Origin: Candidatus Sericytochromatia bacterium
GTDB lineage: Bacteria > Cyanobacteriota > Sericytochromatia > S15B-MN24 > JAQBPE01
Direction of reading: 5' to 3'
NCBI GenBank assembly: GCA_040400605.1
Contig: JBBAPZ010000007.1
Location: 1-19,384 of the forward strand
DNA: 19,384 nucleotides
How positions within the stretch are numbered: the stretch's first letter is position 1; each line of letters starts with the position of its first letter. Positions 1-7,163 of this stretch are shown here, in pieces. The notes under the pieces were generated by a model. It was not told where the DNA came from. It saw only the letters and a program-made list of their open reading frames with translations, and made no database searches. A program made the position numbers and the translations under genes.

Positions 1-138
1 CTGCACACCCAATTTGCAACCACCAAAAAAACGCGGATTTACACCCCCGCTAACACCACTGCGAGCGGTCACGCCTTTCAGCGGGTTCATAAGGTGATGA
101 GCACAACCGGGGCGAAATCTCTGCCCTGTCACATAGTC

Positions 139-167
139 TTTACTTTTTTTTAACTTTTACTTAAGAT
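139..167 (+). promoter_or_regulatory. Putative sigma70-type promoter for the carboxypeptidase gene
   Basis: TTTACT (139-144), a 17 nt spacer, then TAAGAT (162-167), in an AT-rich patch about 45 nt upstream of the RBS-supported ATG at 211. Confidence 0.45.
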
Positions 168-210
168 GCTAACTGTCCACAGCGATGGGTGCGTGAGAAA
201 GTTGGAGGCG

Positions 211-1725
211 ATGAAACTGAAACGATGGGGTTTGGGTTTAGTGGGCGCCGTGTTGCTGACGGCGTGTGCGAAGCAGGGCGCGAACAGCCAGGTGCCAGGT
301 GATTTGGGTGCGTTTCGTGCGGAGGCGGTGGCCAACGGCAAGCCGGCGGTTGTGAGCATCTCGTTTCAGAACCGGGCGTTATTGGGTGAGTTGGCTGCCG
401 TTGGCATGGACATCTGGTATGTGGATGATGAGAATGCCAGGGTGTATGGTCAGATTACATCCGCCCAGTTGGCGTTCATTCGCAAGCGTGGCTTGACGGT
501 GCGTCTGGTGCAGGGCCCGGGCCCTGGCATTTACAATCGTTTCGATAGCGCGTATCGGTCCTATGATGAAATGTTGGATGAATTGCGGGCAATGGCGCGT
601 GCAAAGCCTGCGATCGCACGCCTGCTTGATATCGGCGATGGTTGGGAGAAAACGCAAGGGCGCGCGGGCCGCGACATTTGGTGTTTGAGAGTCGGCACCC
701 AGTCGGCCGATGCGAAGCCGGCGTTGTTGTTTTGTGGGGCGCATCATGCGCGTGAGATCGTGACGCCCGAGATTGTTTTGAACTTGGCCAAGATGCTCAT
801 TGATGGCTATGGCAATGACCCCGAATTGACTAACTTCGTTGAAAACCGTGACATTTACCTGGTACCGATGGTGAACCCGGAAGGTCACAAGCTGGCGTCA
901 GAGGGTGTTGATTGGCGCAAGAACGTCAATTTTAGCGTCGGTGGTGGTACAGGGTTCGGGTTTGCCCCAAATGGACCTGGGGTTGATCTCAACCGTAACT
1001 ATGGTTATAAGTGGGGCGGTCCCGGTGCATCGACCAGAGTCGCAGATTCCACCTTCCGGGGGCCGGGCGCCTTTTCGGAGCCTGAAACACAGGCAATCAA
1101 AAATCTGATTGAAAGCAGAAAATTCACGTTTTTGATGAGCTACCACAGTTTCAGCAACTTGATTCTATGGCCTTGGGGCCACACCAAGGAGCCACCGCCG
1201 GATCCCCGCTTGCCTGCGATCGGTAAAAAACTTGGCGATCTATCCGGCTACAGGCCCCAACAAAGCGTCAACCTGTACCCCACCTCCGGCGACACAACCG
1301 ACTGGGCCTTCGGCACCCACGGCATCCTCAGCTACACCACCGAGATTGGCAGCTATGGCGACGGTTTCGATCCCCCGTACAGCCGGGTACCAACTTTCTG
1401 GAAACAGAATGAAGGTGGTGCACGACTCCTGTTGAGCCTCGCCGACAACCCCGGACATGTTCAAGGCCCAACACTGGATAAGGTTGTTTCTGGCAGCGCC
1501 CAAGCGTCCGTCACGGCAAACCGAAGCATTAAAGCAGTCGAAGCGTTCTACGACGCGCCAGGCCCCGATGGGCGCGGCGTGCCCTTTGACCAGGTACAAG
1601 GCAAAACAGCCATCCTGAGTCTGAACGCCGGGGCACGGAGCGCTGGCAAGAAACGTCTGCTGCTGGTGCATGCGCAAGACACAGCTGGTAACTGGGGTCC
1701 CTACAAGGCGACATTCGTCCAGTGA
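211..1725 (+). CDS. M14 family zinc carboxypeptidase (carboxypeptidase T-like), predicted lipoprotein
   Basis: Zn ligands HHARE (HxxE) and SYHSF, substrate motifs WRKN and DLNRNY, plus FSEPET and catalytic YTTEIG. The start is moved from 166 to ATG 211, which follows GGAGG. The resulting N-terminus MKLKRWGLGLVGAVLLTAC is a signal peptide with an LTAC lipobox. Confidence 0.92.
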   Translation: MKLKRWGLGLVGAVLLTACAKQGANSQVPGDLGAFRAEAVANGKPAVVSISFQNRALLGELAAVGMDIWYVDDENARVYGQITSAQLAFIRKRGLTVRLVQGPGPGIYNRFDSAYRSYDEMLDELRAMARAKPAIARLLDIGDGWEKTQGRAGRDIWCLRVGTQSADAKPALLFCGAHHAREIVTPEIVLNLAKMLIDGYGNDPELTNFVENRDIYLVPMVNPEGHKLASEGVDWRKNVNFSVGGGTGFGFAPNGPGVDLNRNYGYKWGGPGASTRVADSTFRGPGAFSEPETQAIKNLIESRKFTFLMSYHSFSNLILWPWGHTKEPPPDPRLPAIGKKLGDLSGYRPQQSVNLYPTSGDTTDWAFGTHGILSYTTEIGSYGDGFDPPYSRVPTFWKQNEGGARLLLSLADNPGHVQGPTLDKVVSGSAQASVTANRSIKAVEAFYDAPGPDGRGVPFDQVQGKTAILSLNAGARSAGKKRLLLVHAQDTAGNWGPYKATFVQ

Positions 1726-1925
1726 TCGCAAGCCAGGCACTTAAAAAATCGCGCTGATTAGTGAATGAAATTCTGACTGTTTTTCGACAGCAGCGCGTCG
1801 GTGCCTGATGTTTTCGAGTCTGCTACACAGGTTTGCAAAAAAGCTTTGCATCACCGCATGGTCACTTGTCACCCGTCAGCCATACGGGTAAGACCACAAG
1901 ATCCTGGTGATGAAGCCTACGACCG

Positions 1926-1966
1926 GAAAAATCTGAGCCTGCCGCTTCAATGTTGCGGCAGGCTCA
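1926..1966 (-). terminator. Rho-independent terminator for the recombinase-family gene
   Basis: Perfect 12 bp stem TGAGCCTGCCGC (1934-1945) / GCGGCAGGCTCA (1955-1966) with a 9 nt loop. On the minus strand it is followed by GATTTTT and lies about 30 nt after the stop codon at 1998. Confidence 0.7.
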
Positions 1967-1997
1967 AAATTTCCATCCACGCGGTTAAGTGTCTCGC

Positions 1998-2783
1998 TTA
2001 CGCCATCTGGACAATGTCTGTGTGGCTGTTGACCTGCTGGAACAACTCTTCCGTGATCACCGCCTCGTGATCATTCGGATACAGACGGTTTTGACACTGG
2101 TATGCACCCGTGTAAAACACGTTTTCCAGAATCGTCTTCACCGTATTCGCCTGCCAACGACCACCGCGCTTGGTCGCGATGCCATCGCGGGTAAGGTCAT
2201 TCGCAATTTGACGCAAACTCCGACCAGACAAACGCTCCCGGAAAATACGCTTGACGACATTGCCCTCCAACGGCATCACCTGATACTGGTTGGTTGCCTC
2301 ATTCAACACGTAACCGTAAGGACACGTGCCCCCGTTGTGCAAGACCTCTCGACTGCGGACAAAGGTTCGCGGACGCTCCTTCACCGGATGCCGCATCATC
2401 CGCGCCACTTGCGGCACCTTGATGAAGAAGCGCAACAACTGCTGACCTTCCGACCGCTCCGTATCAATCTCCTCCTCGATGGCAATCAATCGAATATCCC
2501 GATTATTCACCTCACCTATCACCACCGCCACATCGTGGAAACGACGCCCCAAGGAAGCCAATGAGGGAACCACGACAACCACTTGCGGCATCTGCAACAG
2601 AGCAGACAAAGCCGGCCGTTCCAACGCGTTGCCAGTCACCGCATCCTCCACACACACATCCATCAAGTCGATCGTGTTAGCTTGGCAATACGCGCGGAGC
2701 TTCTGTGTCTCTCGCTCAACCAGTTCCGCATTCAACGCCTCTTCCGGCGCCATCCATATGTATCCAACAGCACTCACGGACAT
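1998..2783 (-). CDS. Serine recombinase family protein (resolvase-like N-terminal domain + Recombinase DNA-binding domain), catalytic motifs degenerate
   Basis: The N-domain follows the resolvase pattern (AVGY..., LRAYC, ERPALSALL, VVVV..L..LGR, EEIDT...G). The C-domain has GG.CPYGY, VKRIF, SLRQIANDL, GGRW...TVKTILEN.FYTG and HEAVITEELF. The start is placed at ATG 2783, 8 nt after AAGGAG; the ORF track uses GTG 2792. Confidence 0.85.
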   Translation of the reverse strand: MSVSAVGYIWMAPEEALNAELVERETQKLRAYCQANTIDLMDVCVEDAVTGNALERPALSALLQMPQVVVVVPSLASLGRRFHDVAVVIGEVNNRDIRLIAIEEEIDTERSEGQQLLRFFIKVPQVARMMRHPVKERPRTFVRSREVLHNGGTCPYGYVLNEATNQYQVMPLEGNVVKRIFRERLSGRSLRQIANDLTRDGIATKRGGRWQANTVKTILENVFYTGAYQCQNRLYPNDHEAVITEELFQQVNSHTDIVQMA

Positions 2784-3067
2784 CTGGAACACTCCTTACG
2801 AATCTTAACTCGGCTACTCTCACCCGTTTGCAACACTTCCAAGACCCTTATAGCAACCACCCACGCGCAGCTTGCGGCAATGGGATTAAATCAGGGGTAA
2901 GATATTGTTAAATCTACCACGTTATCAGCCAAAAACCGCGCACCGAGACCGTTTCAAGCAAAAATCTCAAATCAGTTGACATCAAGGTGACAGGTTCCAG
3001 CCATTCCATTAACGACGGGGTTTGAAGGGGGCGTGAGTACGCGATGTGTTCAGCATGACGAGAGGAT

Positions 3068-3793
3068 GTGTTACGCTTGCATGCGTCGCTTGGTGCCGCT
3101 CTGTCTTGTGGGATGCCGCCTGTGTTGTTCGAAGCTGTCTTGTTTGATATGGATGGGGTGCTGGTGAACACCATGCCAATGCATCGCAAGGTGTGGCGTC
3201 AATTCGCTGCCGAGCGAGGACGTATCGTTGATGAGGCGTGGTTGCGGTCATACGATGGTTGGCGGGCCAGTGAGGTCATTCAGGCGATTCTTGGACCGGG
3301 GTTGGATGAAGCCACGGTGAAGCGTCTGTCATCCGAACGGGAACACTTGTTTGGCACCTTGTTGGGGGCGGCTGAGATTGAAGCCATTCCGGATGCGTCG
3401 GCAGCGGTTCTGGCGCTGAAGGCGCGGGGCATCCCGTGTGTGCTGGCCACCTCGGGTGTGGCAGACAATGTGTCACACGTATTGAGGGCGCTTGGCCTGG
3501 TTGATGTGTTTGATGCGGTGTTGACCGCTGTGGATGTGGTACGTGGCAAACCGGCGCCGGATATCTATCTGCTGGCGGCCGAGCGCGTGGGAGTTTCACC
3601 TCACGCGTGTTTGGCGGTCGAAGATGCGGTGCCGGGCATTGCATCCGCACTGGCGGCAGGATGTATGGTGGTTGGGGTGAGCAGCAGTTTGTCGGAGGCG
3701 GCGCTGCGGGATGCTGGCGCGCGTTGGGTGGTGCCGGATCTTGGTCCGTTACCGGATATTGTGTTTAAAGGGTTCACGCAGGCGCTTCAGTGA
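3068..3793 (+). CDS. HAD-superfamily phosphatase, beta-phosphoglucomutase/CbbY-like
   Basis: Motif I FDMDGVL, motif II LATS, motif III GKPAPDIY, motif IV VEDAVPGI. The true start may be ATG 3113 (MPPVLFEAVLFD). Confidence 0.88.
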   Translation: MLRLHASLGAALSCGMPPVLFEAVLFDMDGVLVNTMPMHRKVWRQFAAERGRIVDEAWLRSYDGWRASEVIQAILGPGLDEATVKRLSSEREHLFGTLLGAAEIEAIPDASAAVLALKARGIPCVLATSGVADNVSHVLRALGLVDVFDAVLTAVDVVRGKPAPDIYLLAAERVGVSPHACLAVEDAVPGIASALAAGCMVVGVSSSLSEAALRDAGARWVVPDLGPLPDIVFKGFTQALQ

Positions 3794-3796
3794 GGG

Positions 3797-4807
3797 GTGG
3801 TTAAGTTGGCACGGTATCTTGCAGGCGACATTGGTGGGACCAAGGTGTTGATGGCGGTTTGCGAGTCCGCCGGAGGCGCCATCAAGGTGGTGGCTGAGCA
3901 TCGGTACGCGAGTGCGGATTATGCAAGTTTTGATGCGATCGCCGACGACTTTCTGCAACGTTACCCCCTCGGGCCCATCGCAGGAACAGGGCTTGGTATT
4001 GCCGGCCCCGTCATCAACGACCGCTGTGTTGCAACCAACCTGCCATGGGTTGTGGATCGGCACGAATTGGCTACCCGGCTGCCCTTGGGAGCCGTTGCCT
4101 TGATCAATGACTTCAAGGCAGCCGCTTTAGGGGTGCTGCGTCTGGGTCCCGATGACTCCGTGGAACTCAATCCGGGCACACCAGTCCCGGGCGGACCAAT
4201 CGCTGTGCTCGGGGCCGGAACCGGCTTGGGTGAAGCACTCCTGTTCGATGTCAACGGCCGTTATCAGGTGATTCCGACCGAAGGCGGCCACAAGGATTTC
4301 GCACCGCGCAACGAAGAGGAAATGGATCTCCTGCGCTACATGCTCAAGCGCCACGCGCGTATCTCCTACGAACGCCTGGTTTCCGGTGCCGGTATCAAAG
4401 CCATCTATGACTTTTTGATTGACAGTAACCAGGTGTCCGAGTCGCCCGAAGTTCAGGCCGCTTTGCTGAATGCGGCTGATCCCTCAGCGGTCATCGCGGA
4501 ACTTGCCCACACCCAAGCCGATGCGGCCTGTGTACGCGCCATGGACATGTTTGTTTCCATTTACGGTGCCGAAGCAGGCAACCTGGCATTACAAATCATT
4601 GCAACCGGTGGCGTTTACCTCTGCGGCGGCATCGCACCAAAAAATCTGGCCAAAATGCTGGACGGCAGCTTTCAACGTGCCTACTGTCACAAAGGCCGTT
4701 TCTCCGATCTTGTTCGTTCCATCCCGGTGCGCCTCGTCATTAACCAACATGTCGCGCTGCTCGGTGCCTGCGCAGCCGCGATCGAAGCGTCATCCCCCAA
4801 GCACTGA
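3797..4807 (+). CDS. glk: Glucokinase (E. coli-type, non-ROK)
   Basis: LAGDIGGT, TNLPW, INDF, GAGTGLG, TEGGH, ERLVSG.G, GGIAPK and KGRF motifs. The GTG start lies 3 nt after the HAD stop, with GAGG overlapping that stop, suggesting an operon. Confidence 0.93.
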   Translation: MVKLARYLAGDIGGTKVLMAVCESAGGAIKVVAEHRYASADYASFDAIADDFLQRYPLGPIAGTGLGIAGPVINDRCVATNLPWVVDRHELATRLPLGAVALINDFKAAALGVLRLGPDDSVELNPGTPVPGGPIAVLGAGTGLGEALLFDVNGRYQVIPTEGGHKDFAPRNEEEMDLLRYMLKRHARISYERLVSGAGIKAIYDFLIDSNQVSESPEVQAALLNAADPSAVIAELAHTQADAACVRAMDMFVSIYGAEAGNLALQIIATGGVYLCGGIAPKNLAKMLDGSFQRAYCHKGRFSDLVRSIPVRLVINQHVALLGACAAAIEASSPKH

Positions 4808-4947
4808 GCAACAGCCAGCCAAAATTTGATCACCAAGCAATACGTGTCTGCATCGCATCAGCACCGTGTCTGAAACAGCCAAGATAAACACGCTCATCCG
4901 CCTTCAAAAAGCGGTCTGAGCACCGCTAACGCGGTACAAGCATTGGT

Positions 4948-6858
4948 CTAGGCGAGTCCCAGCATCAGCAACGCCATGATGACAGCGACCGCCATCAAGC
5001 TTTCACCCGCAATCATGCCAGACGCGAGCGGCACCAGGTAAACATCAGCACTCGCACGGTGACGCCTGAACCACGCTTGGGCCAACACGGCACCCAAGGC
5101 GATGGATAACGCGTTATAGAAAGGCTGTACCATGCCCAAGCCCAAACCCAGTGCTGACGGCAAAAAGCGCCGAGTATGAGGATAACGCAGCTCAGCGATC
5201 GTCAACATCAGCGCGAGGGCGGCTGCCCAAAACGTGGCTTGTAAAGCTGTTGGGGGAATGGCGGACAATCCCAGTGCCATCCCTTCCGCCGTTGCCTTTA
5301 CGGTAAAAGCGGCTGGCAGGGCGAAGCGCTCACCAATTACTTGGGCATCGGGAATGAGCAGATAAAAGGCCGGGACACAAGCCAGGGTGCCAGCCACAAG
5401 CCCCAAAAGCTGTGCCAGAAATTGCATGCGTGGCCGCGCACCCAGCAAATAACCGCATTTGAGATCCGTCAAGAGATCAGCCGCGTGCATGGAAGCCCCC
5501 ACTGTCACGCTCGCCGTCATCAAATTGAGTGTCGGCTGCCCTTGTGTCAAGGCTGCGTTAGCAATCTGCGACACTTTGCCAACCGGCGGCGCAATATCCG
5601 TCTCGCCTGCGACCCTCGCGGTCATGACCGACAAAATCAGCGCCATGACAATGGCCAGCGCACCAAAAAACAATGGAATCCCAAAAAACGCATTTTGGAT
5701 GTAGATTAACACAAACGCAGTGAGGCCCAAGCCAATCGTGACCCACCGCACCGGCACCTCGGCTTGCGCGGGCGCTATGTCGGCCGCTTTCGCACGGGTG
5801 TCCCAAACGCCGCTTAACTGCTGCCAACCCCGCACCCACGCGCGCCATTGCCACGCCACCGCAACCAAGGCAGCTACCACCATCAGCGCGCTGGCAGGCC
5901 AGGCGCTCCACCCAACGACCCTGCCGAAACCACCGGTTACCACCTTGCCGTTGACGGAGATTTGATGCTGAATCAGCCAAGGCGCGATGACGAACCAATT
6001 GATCACCGCACCGAGCAACACGCTCAACGCGGTACGCAAACCAACGATCGCCCCGGCGGCATACAACACAATGCTCAAGTCAAAAGCCAGCGTCAGCTTT
6101 TCCGCCTCAACCCCACGCACCGTCCCTGGCCACGTGATTTGCGCCGGCAAGCCGACAGCCAACCCTTTCAATGAGGCATAACTGGCTGCCAACTTACCGA
6201 AAATCGCCGCATGCGCATCGCGCAGGTACGCAATCACAGCACCAATCAACGCACCAACCCCGAGGGCCCGCGCTTTTCTTGAACTCGTTTCGCCATCGCC
6301 ATGGAGGCTGCGGATCGTCTCAGCCGCCGCGATGCCTGACGGAAAGGGTAGTTGATCAACATTGATCATCTGCCGTTTAAGCGGCACCGCAACGAGAACA
6401 CCCAAAACCGAAACCGACAGAATCCACACGGCTAATTGCCATGGCGCAAGGGCGGGTCCTCCCATCAGCATCAACGCGGGAATGAAACTGATCAGACCCG
6501 CTGAAACCATAAAACCCGCCGCCGACGTCGCCGATTGCATGGCATTGTTTTCCAGTTCACCAAAAGGCGCAACCGGCCAGATTCGCTCAACCAGACGAAA
6601 CACCGCAAATGCCAAAATGCCCGCCGTAATCGTGATGCCAAACGACCAACCGGTTTTAAGCCCTGCATACAGGTTCGAAATGGACAAAACGCCGCCCAGC
6701 ACCATCCCCATTCCCGCGGCGCGCCATGTCAACTGCGGCAGATCCGGGCGATACACCCGTTGATACCAGATGCGGTCGCGCTCACCCTCAGACGCAGACT
6801 GCAACAATTGAGCGGTCTCGCTGATACTGCTGAGTTCAGCCTTTGTTTGTTCAATCAT
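4948..6858 (-). CDS. OPT family (YSL-like bacterial clade) oligopeptide/metal-chelate transporter, copy 1
   Basis: QLTWRA...NLYAGLKTG, ENNAMQS, LPFPSGIAAAETI, GETDIAP and DLLTDLKCGYLLGA motifs; many hydrophobic segments; AGGAG RBS upstream. Confidence 0.92.
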   Translation of the reverse strand: MIEQTKAELSSISETAQLLQSASEGERDRIWYQRVYRPDLPQLTWRAAGMGMVLGGVLSISNLYAGLKTGWSFGITITAGILAFAVFRLVERIWPVAPFGELENNAMQSATSAAGFMVSAGLISFIPALMLMGGPALAPWQLAVWILSVSVLGVLVAVPLKRQMINVDQLPFPSGIAAAETIRSLHGDGETSSRKARALGVGALIGAVIAYLRDAHAAIFGKLAASYASLKGLAVGLPAQITWPGTVRGVEAEKLTLAFDLSIVLYAAGAIVGLRTALSVLLGAVINWFVIAPWLIQHQISVNGKVVTGGFGRVVGWSAWPASALMVVAALVAVAWQWRAWVRGWQQLSGVWDTRAKAADIAPAQAEVPVRWVTIGLGLTAFVLIYIQNAFFGIPLFFGALAIVMALILSVMTARVAGETDIAPPVGKVSQIANAALTQGQPTLNLMTASVTVGASMHAADLLTDLKCGYLLGARPRMQFLAQLLGLVAGTLACVPAFYLLIPDAQVIGERFALPAAFTVKATAEGMALGLSAIPPTALQATFWAAALALMLTIAELRYPHTRRFLPSALGLGLGMVQPFYNALSIALGAVLAQAWFRRHRASADVYLVPLASGMIAGESLMAVAVIMALLMLGLA

Positions 6859-7163
6859 AATTCGGTACTCCTAATCAGCCGATACCCCGAGCGCCAGCCT
6901 GAGCCAACCCGAATTGGGACGGGAACCACCAATTTCACTGTTCAGACGACGACCACCAGACCAATACGTAAAGTTACAGGAGTGATTCCGTTTGCTATGT
7001 GCGGCACTGCGACAACAAACATTTGACGAACAATCAGTCAATTTGATGAATCGGGTTGTGAAAACAAGACAGGCACCGATGCCTGCTAAAAGCTCTCACC
7101 GAGCCCTCCGCGCTCAAACGCAATGGTTGTCGTCACGACACGCTTGAATGGATCTGGATGACA

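Noticed and set aside
47..150. Small hairpins (CCGCT/AGCGG, GGGC/GCCC) and a T-run upstream of the peptidase, as a possible riboswitch or attenuator
   Set aside because: The stems are short and match no riboswitch consensus I recognise. The T-run is better explained as the promoter spacer.
1989..2564. 191 aa + strand ORF
   Set aside because: Fully antisense to the recombinase-family gene; no RBS or motifs.
2976..2981. Perfect TTGACA -35 hexamer upstream of the HAD gene
   Set aside because: No acceptable -10 hexamer at 16-18 nt spacing.
1726..3067. Integrated mobile element or prophage boundary suggested by the recombinase
   Set aside because: No att duplication, terminal repeats, tRNA target or cargo genes seen. 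The flanks are housekeeping-type genes and the catalytic motifs are absent.
4808..4947. Short repeats (CGTGTCTG twice, CAGCCAA twice) and weak hairpins between glk and OPT copy 1
   Set aside because: Too short and irregular for a CRISPR or REP element, and there is no convincing U-tract terminator.
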